In this document: positions 36,428-46,067 of the stretch, piece after piece
Position numbering within the stretch: the stretch's first letter is position 1
Layout: each line of letters opens with the position of its first letter
Source: a virus
Virus record (IMG/VR): IMGVR_UViG_3300020160_001428
Span: 1-64,000 of that record
Reading direction: 5' to 3' (one strand)
DNA: 64,000 bases
Position numbers and translations under genes: made by a program
The notes under the pieces: generated by a model
Seen by the model: the letters and a program-made list of their open reading frames with translations, nothing else
Database searches by the model: none
What the model was told of the DNA's origin: nothing

Positions 36428-39009
36428 TAGTATGTACCGCCGTCTAAATCAGCCCAAACAGGTAATCCTTCTTGTAACTGTAGAGTTTGTCCATTTGTGC
36501 CGGCTGTTAACTTGCTCAGTGTGTTTGAGGCACTTGCGTATAGTAAGTCACCCTTTGCATAACTACTCTGACCAGTACCACCGTAGGCATAAGTGATCAC
36601 GTTAGCTTGCCAAGTACCAGTTCCGACAGTGCCAAGTGTAGTGATTGTGTTTTGACCAACATATGTGCTGGCAATGTCAACCGCATTAGCAGTTACACTA
36701 ATCCTATCAGCTGTACCAACTACATCCAATACACCATTTGTGTAAGTTAAACCGTTACCAGCTACTGTACTTGCTAGTTGTACATTATCCCCGGATATTT
36801 CAATACCGTTAGCAACGTTTACATCTAGTGTGTTACCAGTCTTGCTTAATCCCTGACCTGCTGTAATCTGTCCTGCACCACTGAACTGTACGAATGATAA
36901 CGCTGTAGTTCCAACAGTAATAGCACCGTCAGTTGTTAATACAAATCCGCTGTCAGCGTTTGTTGTGCCTTCTTCAACGAAGGTAAACATTCCGCTAGTA
37001 ACTTCTACTCCCGGAGTATTATCACAATCTTCTGCACGAGTCCATGCACCACTTGCAACAACGTAAATACCGTTGTCTTCACCTGTTGTTTGATTCTTGA
37101 CTAACACACGATTGCCAACTGCAAGCGCCACACCGTCAATAGTTTGTGTATTGCTCAGTGTAATGTTAGCAGTGGTTGCCGCACGTACAGATGCTTTGAC
37201 ATCCAATCCTGAACGAGTAGCATCAACATAGGCCTTAGTTGCCGCGTCTTGTGCGCTAGTTGGATCTGTAAGATTAGTTATTTTTCCTGATACTGACAAG
37301 TTCCCGTCAGTACCAAATGTCCATGTCTTTGAGTTGCCAGCATCGATTACAACGTTACCAGCAGTAGAGCCGGTAATACTGTCAATGCCAACTAGGCTAG
37401 TGTCTAGTTCAACTACACCACTAGTGACTGCAAAGTTAGTACTGAACTGAGCAATACCTTTGTTACTAGTACTTGCATCTTCACCAGCAACTGTTATAGT
37501 AGTGCCAGAGTGTGTTACATCAATGCCTTCACCGCCTAGTATGCTGATAGCATTACTAGCAACAGTTAATGCACCACTGTCAGTAGTAACTGACTGTACA
37601 ACATTTGTTTTTAGTGCAACGTCACCGCTAGTAACTACAAATCCACTGGTATTAAATGTTGCAACACCTTTTACGCTTGATGTAGCTGTGGCTACGCTGA
37701 TTGCCACTTGGTTATCTGTTACTGCTGTGCTGATTGCTCCGCTACCAGTGATAGTTAATGTATCACTACCTAACGCAACTCCGTCAGTTCCTGTGTTGCC
37801 AGCAATATTAAGCGTGGTGCTTATAGATGCTGTTGTTACTGCTGTAATTAAGCCCTTACCATTAACAGTAATAACTGGTATTGCTGTTGAACTACCAAAT
37901 GATCCAGTGTTTGTGTTTACTGTGTCTAGGGTAACTGTAATAGTTGTGTCACCCAAGTTGGTCATTGTGGCAAAACCGTCCGCATCGCCAGCAATGGTAA
38001 TAACAGGATCACTTACATTAAAGTCTAACTTACCATTTGTGTCATCATAAGTTACGCTAATACCGCTTTCAGTATTAGAGTCAATCATTCCGCCTACGAT
38101 GTCTTGTATTCTTTCTGTTTTTAATGTAACTGCACCAGTGGTAACTGTAAAGTCTGTTACATCAAAGCTGGCAATACCTTTGTTAGTATCTGTTGCATCT
38201 TCGCCGGATACTGTTACTGTACCTGCTGTATCGTCATAAGTTACATCAATGCCTTCGCCGGCTACTACTTGTCCACCTGTTGCGTCTTGAATGTACTCAA
38301 GTAACGAAGTACTAGCATCAGTATAGATGTTACTGATAATGGACTTACCAGTACCATTTGGAGTAACTGTGATATTACCGTTTGTATCTGTAGATGTAAT
38401 GGCATTGCCGTCAATGCTGATATTGTCTACAGTTAATGCTGTGAATGAGCCGGTACTAGGTGTAACGTTACCAATAGGTGTATTATTAATACTAGTAAAA
38501 CTGGCGGCTCCGGCGCTGATAGTGCCGCTTACAAATAATGCGCCACCAACACCAACACCACCAGTTACAACCAATGCACCAGTACTGGTGCTTGTGCTGA
38601 CTTTACTAGAAGTTAATAATACGCTGCCAGTACCGTTAGGAGCAAGTGTTAAGTCTCCATTGACATCTGTAGTGATTATACTGTTGCCATTAAATGACAA
38701 GTTATCAACTAATAGTTCGTCTAGCTTTTTATTAGCATCAACAACTAACGCTGAACTGGCTGTTAGTAAGCCACGTTCGTGATCTAGTAGATCTGTAAAA
38801 TACTTACCACCAATAACAATAACGTCATTGGCATTACCAGTGCCGCCGTTGACACCGTTTGCTCCGATGAATAACCTGTCACCACCGTTGCTAGTAGGGT
38901 TGCCGCTGGCAGTTAAGTAGCTGTAGGCTAACTCACCTAGTTTTAACGATGCTGGTGCACCTGAGGTACCTGATCGTTTAATCTTTATAATATTTGATTC
39001 AATAGCCAT
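36427..39009 (-). CDS. Long tail fibre protein
   Basis: IKIKRS...GELAY; internal repeats EDA.T.NKGIA.F...F.VT.G.V; DAATKAYVD, RVLVKNQT...NGIY; ends DGGTY. Confidence 0.8.
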   Translation of the reverse strand: MAIESNIIKIKRSGTSGAPASLKLGELAYSYLTASGNPTSNGGDRLFIGANGVNGGTGNANDVIVIGGKYFTDLLDHERGLLTASSALVVDANKKLDELLVDNLSFNGNSIITTDVNGDLTLAPNGTGSVLLTSSKVSTSTSTGALVVTGGVGVGGALFVSGTISAGAASFTSINNTPIGNVTPSTGSFTALTVDNISIDGNAITSTDTNGNITVTPNGTGKSIISNIYTDASTSLLEYIQDATGGQVVAGEGIDVTYDDTAGTVTVSGEDATDTNKGIASFDVTDFTVTTGAVTLKTERIQDIVGGMIDSNTESGISVTYDDTNGKLDFNVSDPVITIAGDADGFATMTNLGDTTITVTLDTVNTNTGSFGSSTAIPVITVNGKGLITAVTTASISTTLNIAGNTGTDGVALGSDTLTITGSGAISTAVTDNQVAISVATATSSVKGVATFNTSGFVVTSGDVALKTNVVQSVTTDSGALTVASNAISILGGEGIDVTHSGTTITVAGEDASTSNKGIAQFSTNFAVTSGVVELDTSLVGIDSITGSTAGNVVIDAGNSKTWTFGTDGNLSVSGKITNLTDPTSAQDAATKAYVDATRSGLDVKASVRAATTANITLSNTQTIDGVALAVGNRVLVKNQTTGEDNGIYVVASGAWTRAEDCDNTPGVEVTSGMFTFVEEGTTNADSGFVLTTDGAITVGTTALSFVQFSGAGQITAGQGLSKTGNTLDVNVANGIEISGDNVQLASTVAGNGLTYTNGVLDVVGTADRISVTANAVDIASTYVGQNTITTLGTVGTGTWQANVITYAYGGTGQSSYAKGDLLYASASNTLSKLTAGTNGQTLQLQEGLPVWADLDGGTY

Positions 39010-39025
39010 TTAACCGCTCCGTATT

Positions 39026-39856
39026 TTAGAAAAACCCACCGTCCATCTCATTGGATCTTAAATTCTGTATTGTATCCCAACGTTCACTGCTGGCGTTATA
39101 AATCAACAATGCACCATCATCTAGTGCCGCGCCACCAGCCGTTGAGTTAACATCTGGGATATCCACTACTGTATTTATTCCAGCCCCTTTACTTACGCTG
39201 ATCGAGCCAAACTCGTCAATATTGACGTTTGTACCTGCTTTTACCACACCCAAAGTGCTGGTAGTTGCTACGGGAACGCTGACAGTGCCGTCAACTGCAA
39301 CATTGATATTATCGCCAACAATAACACCACCGAGAGTGGTAGTTGTAGCAGGAGTCAGTGAGTATTGTTCAATACTAGACCACTCTACATCGTAATCTGT
39401 GGTTGTTGCTTTTACTAAGACCTGCCCAGGTACTCCACCTTCAGGGAGGGGAGTTAGATCTACTGGCAGACCGGTTGCTGGGCTAGTTGCGTTAACAGTT
39501 CCTGAAACAACTAGATCAATCGGAGCTCCGTCGTTAGTGATAGATAATTTGTTAGTTTCAGTGTCAACACTAAATCTAACGCCACTGACATATAAGCTAC
39601 CTGGACCAACATATATGTCTTTCCATTGCTTTTCTACTGTACCCAGTGAGTAGACATTATCTACAGAGGGAATAATATTTCGATTAACTGCACCTAAATC
39701 AACAGTACTAGTGATAAAAGTATTAATAGCAGTACTGATGCCGCCAAGTTCTGCGGCAAAATCTACAAAGTTACCGTTGATCTTGCGAAAGGCTTCGCGA
39801 ACAGTATCGCCATCTCTAGCGTTGGGTGTACCAAGATTAATTGTTTCGATTGTCAC
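39026..39856 (-). CDS. Tail fibre/baseplate-attachment protein
   Basis: INLGTPN..DGDTVREAFRKINGNF motif; AT.TTLGGV repeats; ends DGGFF. Confidence 0.7.
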   Translation of the reverse strand: MTIETINLGTPNARDGDTVREAFRKINGNFVDFAAELGGISTAINTFITSTVDLGAVNRNIIPSVDNVYSLGTVEKQWKDIYVGPGSLYVSGVRFSVDTETNKLSITNDGAPIDLVVSGTVNATSPATGLPVDLTPLPEGGVPGQVLVKATTTDYDVEWSSIEQYSLTPATTTTLGGVIVGDNINVAVDGTVSVPVATTSTLGVVKAGTNVNIDEFGSISVSKGAGINTVVDIPDVNSTAGGAALDDGALLIYNASSERWDTIQNLRSNEMDGGFF

Positions 39857-39897
39857 TTTCTGCTCCTGCTATGCTCTTTTCAATATTTATCGTTATC

Positions 39898-41661
39898 TTA
39901 TATATGCTCCTGCCAAGTAACTACGCCCACAGCATCATCATTGTTGGTAGTAGCAATAGCAGCCAAACACCATATGTCCGATACGCCTGCAATAGTGCGG
40001 CCTATCTGTTGACTAAAGTCTACTTCATTTGAAGTAATAGCGGCTGATCCACCTTTGTTAGATCCTACAAAGATACCTTGATCGATTACAGTTCCACCTG
40101 ACAATGCCGTGGAGGCAAGGTCATACTCTACCGAACTGTCTGATCCAGAACTAGTCCAACTAGCATCAGTCAATGTTGGGTTTATGATTATGCGATAGAC
40201 AAACGCGGCCTGTTGTAGGCCATACACATCAAACTTAACAGGGACCACAACCGATTCGAGATTGGCTGCTTTGAGCCTAATACATACTAGAGGTCTATAC
40301 ACAGTATCGCTGATATTTTTACCTGTTAGACTGGTTCCAATACTGCGGGTAACGCTACGATTCATGTAGCCACCTTCGGATATCACAGTGGAGCAGATAG
40401 CTCGCATGGTGCCTGCGGCTCCTGTACTGGTCAGTTCATATCTAACGGGCAATGTAGCAGTGGTCATGTAAACTCTGTCAAAGCCAACTCGATTAGCGTG
40501 ATGGAAGGTGTGACATACTATGAACTGTCCGTCTATGACAAACCCGCAACGAACTGATCCTACGCCCAGCCATTCAATATCACACCAAAAAATCTGTGAT
40601 CTACTTACAACTAAGGTAATGCCGCTTGCTCCTGTACCATTGAGTTTATCACCATTCCAAGTTGCTTGAGCAAACTTTTCTGTTGTATCGTCTACTGATC
40701 CTGATGTGTATTTCCTTATGACAAGATTTACTGTGGTACCATCTACTTCAAAGTATACACCGTTCTGTGCTCCAAACAATCCCACACGCTGACGCAGACC
40801 CGCAGTGGGTGTGGTCATCGCAAAAGTAGCCATGGTCAGTAGACTCTTGCCAGGCTGATAGGCAAACACTGATTTGGTTTGTCTTAAACTTTCATCACCG
40901 TTGCCCGACACTGACATTAATACTGAACTTTCATTAGTTACAAATGTTGATGTGGCCGCGCCAGTGTCTACCTGATTCCATTTGAATGGATCATCTCTGT
41001 AGCGTTGGGCACCATCGAACAGGGTAAACGGATTGCTGACTCGTAGTCTGCCAAACGCATCGAGATTTGCTCCGCCGAAAGACACAACCGGTGTGCCTGT
41101 AATCGTAGCAGTAACATTACCACTAATCGGAACGGGATTGCCTGTATCGTTCTTAATCTCTACTTCTGGCATTGTACCTACATTAACTGTAGGCGTACCA
41201 CTGATAGTAACTGTGGTATTCTCTAATGCTGTTAATGTAGTGCTTCCTAACTCAACTGTACCACTTACAGTGGCATTAATATTCTCTAATGCTGTTAATG
41301 TATTTGTATCTAATGCTACAGTTCCACTTACTTGTTGTGTAGTTGGGAATGTCACATTGGCATTAACAGTACCGTCTACTGTTATAGTATTGCCGCCATC
41401 TTGTACTGTAACTGTGCCGCCAATAGGCATATAAGGTACTGCGAGGATGCCGCTGGTACCCACTTCCGTTATGTGCGTATGAACTGGAGCTTCAGGTGTT
41501 GATGTAACTGTAACAGTATCAACTAGATTTACATCACCTGTAATAGTAATGTTATCACTACCCAGTGTAACACGGAGGTGAGGCTTACCAGCGTCATCAT
41601 ACTCCATAGCCTTATGGATGTTGTTTAAGTTAGGATCTTGGGTATCGTGATGGTAAGGCAT
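39898..41661 (-). CDS. Virion structural protein with lectin-like C-terminal domain
   Basis: V/T-rich repeats then DAFGRLRVSNP, YQPGKS, EWLGVG. Confidence 0.6.
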   Translation of the reverse strand: MPYHHDTQDPNLNNIHKAMEYDDAGKPHLRVTLGSDNITITGDVNLVDTVTVTSTPEAPVHTHITEVGTSGILAVPYMPIGGTVTVQDGGNTITVDGTVNANVTFPTTQQVSGTVALDTNTLTALENINATVSGTVELGSTTLTALENTTVTISGTPTVNVGTMPEVEIKNDTGNPVPISGNVTATITGTPVVSFGGANLDAFGRLRVSNPFTLFDGAQRYRDDPFKWNQVDTGAATSTFVTNESSVLMSVSGNGDESLRQTKSVFAYQPGKSLLTMATFAMTTPTAGLRQRVGLFGAQNGVYFEVDGTTVNLVIRKYTSGSVDDTTEKFAQATWNGDKLNGTGASGITLVVSRSQIFWCDIEWLGVGSVRCGFVIDGQFIVCHTFHHANRVGFDRVYMTTATLPVRYELTSTGAAGTMRAICSTVISEGGYMNRSVTRSIGTSLTGKNISDTVYRPLVCIRLKAANLESVVVPVKFDVYGLQQAAFVYRIIINPTLTDASWTSSGSDSSVEYDLASTALSGGTVIDQGIFVGSNKGGSAAITSNEVDFSQQIGRTIAGVSDIWCLAAIATTNNDDAVGVVTWQEHI

Positions 41662-42569
41662 TATAATCCGTAGTAGCTCTTGGTTGTGTTGTAGTTTTGT
41701 GTGATTTCAGCATCACTTAATGCTCTACTATAAATCTGTATGGCACCCATGCCGCCGTTAAAGTTGGGGTCAGGTCCTCCAGGAGGATATCCCCAATTAC
41801 TTCTACCAATATAACAATTAGCCCTAGTGCTGACAGCTGGTGCTGCCACTGCTCCTGTTGCTGTTGGAACTCCATCTATAAACACCTTGCCTACTGTTCC
41901 TGTAGGCGTCCACGTTGCACATACATGATGCCAGCCGGTATTAGGCAATAGTTGAACTTCGGATTGTATATTATCGCCACTGGGGCCGACCCACAGTACA
42001 GGTTCACCACTTAGGCCGCCTGTTGCAGATAACAACACATTGTCTGAACCTGCGTCACTGCCAAAATCTATAATACGATTCCAGTTGGGTACGCTGATAA
42101 TGTATACCCAACTTTGAATTGTGTATCCAGCACTGGTAAAGTAAATGCCCGGTGGACATTGAGCATATTGTGCGTCTGAACCGTCGAATGCCAGTGCTCC
42201 ACCTAGGGCTTCACCGTAGGCAATTCCACCGTAGACCGTGGCATGATTGTTGTTGCCGCTTAGATCATTCCAAGTGTCCTCACCGGGTTCTCTAGACCAA
42301 CTGTTTAGATTGCGAGCATCTAGATTTAATACTAGTCCCTCTTCAATGACTGTGATAATAGTATCTGGGTTCCAAGGACGACCTTGTAAAAGTCCGCCTG
42401 CATTAGGATTATTAGTTATCGCGTTGCCACTGTACTGTGTGGGTAACTGTGTAATGTCGTAAGTTGCTCTAGGGTTACCATCCGCCGCACGTTTTGTAGC
42501 TGCCAAATCTAGTTTAGCTTTTTGCCTAAGTTGTTTTGTTGCCAGTGTTGAGATACCGTTTTGACTCAT
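41661..42569 (-). CDS. LamG/concanavalin A-like domain protein
   Basis: GLVLNLDA, WNDLSGNNNH, WHHVCAT, IYSRALSDAEITQNY. Confidence 0.8.
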   Translation of the reverse strand: MSQNGISTLATKQLRQKAKLDLAATKRAADGNPRATYDITQLPTQYSGNAITNNPNAGGLLQGRPWNPDTIITVIEEGLVLNLDARNLNSWSREPGEDTWNDLSGNNNHATVYGGIAYGEALGGALAFDGSDAQYAQCPPGIYFTSAGYTIQSWVYIISVPNWNRIIDFGSDAGSDNVLLSATGGLSGEPVLWVGPSGDNIQSEVQLLPNTGWHHVCATWTPTGTVGKVFIDGVPTATGAVAAPAVSTRANCYIGRSNWGYPPGGPDPNFNGGMGAIQIYSRALSDAEITQNYNTTKSYYGL

Positions 42570-42862
42570 TGCGGGCCTCCATTGTATATTGGAAAACTGT
42601 TGCCTCTAATGTCAGCAGGGTCCTTAGGACCGTTTACTCCACCGCCTGCATGTGTAGTAACAGCATCAATACCAGCATACTGCTCTTTAGGCTTGTTGGT
42701 CATAATAGTTTCTTTTTCTTTGCTTAGTAGATCGAATACTTGTTTGAAACGATTAGGGTCATTCGACTGTAGTGTTTGATCCTGCGGCTCATCAACTGCC
42801 TCGGGCTCTTGCTCTCGGTCCATTGCGTCTAAAACTGCTCTGATTAAGTCTTGTGCTCTCAT
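42566..42862 (-). CDS. Hypothetical protein
   Basis: Start placed at MRAQDLI; TAAATA upstream. Confidence 0.55.
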   Translation of the reverse strand: MRAQDLIRAVLDAMDREQEPEAVDEPQDQTLQSNDPNRFKQVFDLLSKEKETIMTNKPKEQYAGIDAVTTHAGGGVNGPKDPADIRGNSFPIYNGGPQ

Positions 42863-42903
42863 TATTGGCTTTCCTATTAGATATTTATCGTAAATAACAT
42901 ACG

Positions 42904-43392
42904 ATGACAGCAAAACCTGTATTAATGATTCATGAGATTACAGATGCAATTTTTAACTTGCCCCTAGCTGATTATCTGCTGACTTTTGATGATGGTACCC
43001 AAGATCATTGGCAGTATTTTAAGCAAGTACGGGCTATTCCTACAGAAAAAATCTACTTTATCATTACCAATCGTATTGGCACAGCAGGATATCTCAATTT
43101 AGAACAAGTTAAACAGATGAGTTTAGATCCAATGACTACAATTGGTGGGCATAGTCACGATCACATTAGGTTAAACACATTTGACACGCTGGTTGAAAAA
43201 GTAGCATATATTAAACAAGACACTGAACAAATGATTAATTGGTTTAATGAGAATTTAGGATACTGTCCTAAAGCATTCTGTTTACCCTATAACGAAGATG
43301 CTGGCGGACTATATGCCGCGTGGCTGAGAAATAAAGGGATTACTAGTATCTATGCTAGCGAAAGGACTGCCTGTGAGCATATACTTTCCTAA
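42904..43392 (+). CDS. Polysaccharide deacetylase (NodB/CE4-like)
   Basis: LTFDDG, GHSHDH and PY motifs. Confidence 0.8.
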   Translation: MTAKPVLMIHEITDAIFNLPLADYLLTFDDGTQDHWQYFKQVRAIPTEKIYFIITNRIGTAGYLNLEQVKQMSLDPMTTIGGHSHDHIRLNTFDTLVEKVAYIKQDTEQMINWFNENLGYCPKAFCLPYNEDAGGLYAAWLRNKGITSIYASERTACEHILS

Positions 43393-44101
43393 TACGCCTG
43401 CTACCTTTATCCATGTTCCAAGGACCGGAGGCACTAGTTTTAAAAGTTGGGCAAAGACTAATATCCTATCTAGTCAAGAGCTACCATTGCCAGATTTTAT
43501 CCCCAGCAACACAAATATAATTCCCAATAGACAACATCTCATATCTGTTTGGGGCGACTTGGGAACTGAGTTTGCATTTGTTCGCAATCCCTATGATCGA
43601 CTAGTTAGTCTTTATCATTATATGGGTCAATGGGCTGAACAACGATTTGCAGATAACAAAAACAAATTAGCCACCGGTGTTGACTTTGTCAAATCGTTTC
43701 CATATCAAAGTAGTAATGCTATAACTGCTATACAAGATGATAAACGTCTAATTGATTATTATAACTTGGGCTTTGAGAATTGGCTCAACTCTGTGTTCCA
43801 TAATAGAGATGATATCTACAGTAAAACTGGGCATGGTACAAGGCATATTATTGATCACTTTTGGCGAGGAGAAACTCAGCTAAGTTGGTTCAATGGTCAA
43901 CTGCCCGATGTCATTATAAAGACTGAAGAACTAAGCAGGCAATTTTATATTATACAAGATTTACTAAATTGCCATGTGCCACTGCCTATAGAAAATAGTA
44001 GCAGGCACGATCACTATCAAGCATACTATAATTCATCTACAAAAAAACTAGTAGAAACAATATTTGCTGAAGACTTAGCCGCGTTTGAATACAAGTTTTA
44101 A
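43352..44101 (+). CDS. Sulfotransferase family 2 protein
   Basis: FIHVPRTGGTS (5'-PSB) and FVRNPYDRLVSLY (3'-PB). Confidence 0.85.
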   Translation: MLAKGLPVSIYFPNTPATFIHVPRTGGTSFKSWAKTNILSSQELPLPDFIPSNTNIIPNRQHLISVWGDLGTEFAFVRNPYDRLVSLYHYMGQWAEQRFADNKNKLATGVDFVKSFPYQSSNAITAIQDDKRLIDYYNLGFENWLNSVFHNRDDIYSKTGHGTRHIIDHFWRGETQLSWFNGQLPDVIIKTEELSRQFYIIQDLLNCHVPLPIENSSRHDHYQAYYNSSTKKLVETIFAEDLAAFEYKF

Positions 44102-44725
44102 TGCTTCTGCATTACTGTAGCCAACTTGATATCCCCTATACTTTAATAGTGTCAGCATTGCCTCCACACTACGAGCATCAGGAAACTCGTATGTTTCAGT
44201 AACATATTTTCTCAGTGCAGTTTCTTTCAGTACCACTATGTCAGCGTTAATTTCTATGTAAGTGTTTGGTTCAAATACTGGTTGTACTTGCGAGAAAGTC
44301 CAATCAGTACTAGATGGCACTTCAAAGAAGTACAATTCATCGACAGTACTAGAGGGTTTAGGGCGACATGCTACCAGTGCGGCTTCTGCTAGTATGCGAT
44401 GATCTCTATTCATGTCACTGATGTTGTGAGTATAGACAGCATTAAACTTTTCCATATCAACTAACTTGGTCACAAACTCCGACATTTCTTTAATGTCTAA
44501 TGTTAGATCGTTATTGTTCCACATCTTCCATTTAGCTCCAGCGGCTTCACAATTCTTAATAAATGTGTCAGTCCTAACTCGACTGACGTCATAGGCATTT
44601 GGTCGATTGCCGTTGCACATACTGTAGACATGTACGTCATGTCCTTCACGACTTAGCTTTACGATAGTTCCGTAAGGGCCATAGGCTTCGTCGTCAGGGT
44701 GAGCTAGTAGAAATAATATTTTCAT
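44075..44725 (-). CDS. PIG-L/LmbE family N-deacetylase
   Basis: AHPDDE and DHR motifs. Confidence 0.88.
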   Translation of the reverse strand: MKILFLLAHPDDEAYGPYGTIVKLSREGHDVHVYSMCNGNRPNAYDVSRVRTDTFIKNCEAAGAKWKMWNNNDLTLDIKEMSEFVTKLVDMEKFNAVYTHNISDMNRDHRILAEAALVACRPKPSSTVDELYFFEVPSSTDWTFSQVQPVFEPNTYIEINADIVVLKETALRKYVTETYEFPDARSVEAMLTLLKYRGYQVGYSNAEALKLVFKRG

Positions 44726-45390
44726 TGCAATATCCAGTCCATTCCTAATTTTTTATACAGCAATTCAGCAACCATAAAATCTTCTTCATCGTCAATGTCT
44801 ATGCTTTCAATTTTACTTAACATAGTAAAATGGGGTTTATTTCCTACTATGTTGCCTGTTGCGGCTAGAAGTTCAGTCTTAATAATACCCACGGCCCAGT
44901 TTAATGATACAATATTAGGCAACTCTTGACTACGAGGAGTTTTATTACTGTCATAGTTAAGAGACTTGCCATCTTGCCATAAAAACTTCTTTTCAGGACT
45001 AACTGATACAACACTATCTATGTTAGGATAATCTGTTTTAATTTTATCAACTGCCGCCTGTAAGGTTGATAATTTCAATAGTGGTTGAACAACTTCTGAG
45101 TTTATCATAAATTCAGCAGGACATGCCTCAGCTAAATTTTTATAAAATAGATCATTAGATATTTCTCCGGCATAATAAGGATCTCTGTGATGTACACGTA
45201 TGCCGTGTGAACCTGCAATCCTAACACATTGTTCACAGTCTGTACTGACTATGATGTCTGATAAGCCGTTTACCTGTTTTAACATTGTTAGTCTAATATC
45301 TAATAGAGTAGTATCAGCAAACGGCTTTGAGTTCTTTGAAGGTACACGCTTAGAGCCTTTTCTTACAGGGACCATTGCAATAATGCTCAT
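44722..45390 (-). CDS. Acylneuraminate cytidylyltransferase family protein (NeuA-like)
   Basis: PVRKGSKRVPSKN, VSTD, RSQEL, DIDDEEDF. Confidence 0.88.
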   Translation of the reverse strand: MSIIAMVPVRKGSKRVPSKNSKPFADTTLLDIRLTMLKQVNGLSDIIVSTDCEQCVRIAGSHGIRVHHRDPYYAGEISNDLFYKNLAEACPAEFMINSEVVQPLLKLSTLQAAVDKIKTDYPNIDSVVSVSPEKKFLWQDGKSLNYDSNKTPRSQELPNIVSLNWAVGIIKTELLAATGNIVGNKPHFTMLSKIESIDIDDEEDFMVAELLYKKLGMDWILQ

Positions 45391-46067
45391 AATATTTCCT
45401 TTTCTGCATCTGCAAACATTGCAGATATTGTATCAAACACTCCGCCAAAGTCATTAATATCATATTCTTTAGGCGGATTATTTTTATTTCCTAATACGGT
45501 AATATTAATATCTTTATTTTTTAAAATGTAACTGTATGATAACATATCTTCTGCATATTTGTCATATGTATTTTTGTCATTAAATCCAAAACAATTATCA
45601 AATACTTTTGGAAATTTAAGGTATGGTCTTATAATTGCATCAAAAAGATAGCCATGAGAAACAAATTGGCATTCTTTGAATTGCTCTTTGCTAGGAAAAT
45701 CTATATCAAGCGTTTTATCCAATGACGTTACTTGGATATCCGATAGCACAAAGTTCCAAGGTTCCGGAGATACTAATAGGGTAGACAGCCAACGTTCTTC
45801 TAATGTCAGTTGTGCTTTGAGAGCTCTGCCAATAAATCGATTGTTTCCTAATTCGATTCGTAGCTGTTGTATTTCTGTAATATTCCATAAGAATAACGGA
45901 TCATATATTTCATGAATATAATAATAAAACATTCCATTTAGGGCTGCCGGCCATGACCTATCTAAGGGCGGATTTATTAAAAACTGTAGTATATTATATT
46001 CGTTATAAGATGACAATGATCTATTTTTTAGAGAGGCAAGGACTTTTGCATTGTAGATATAAATCAT
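45387..46067 (-). CDS. Hypothetical protein
   Basis: AT-rich 226 aa ORF with ATGA overlaps at both ends. Confidence 0.55.
   Translation of the reverse strand: MIYIYNAKVLASLKNRSLSSYNEYNILQFLINPPLDRSWPAALNGMFYYYIHEIYDPLFLWNITEIQQLRIELGNNRFIGRALKAQLTLEERWLSTLLVSPEPWNFVLSDIQVTSLDKTLDIDFPSKEQFKECQFVSHGYLFDAIIRPYLKFPKVFDNCFGFNDKNTYDKYAEDMLSYSYILKNKDINITVLGNKNNPPKEYDINDFGGVFDTISAMFADAEKEIL

Noticed and set aside
41218-41302. 22-bp direct repeat 63 nt apart
   Set aside because: Internal protein repeat (TLTALEN) of a structural gene; no sign of an att site or mobile element
3433-41434. Long plus-strand ORFs opposite major genes (e.g. 3433..4002, 9030..9326, 37460..38050, 38327..38782, 41033..41434)
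   Set aside because: Antisense shadows caused by codon bias; no motifs or RBS, and they lie within well-supported minus-strand genes
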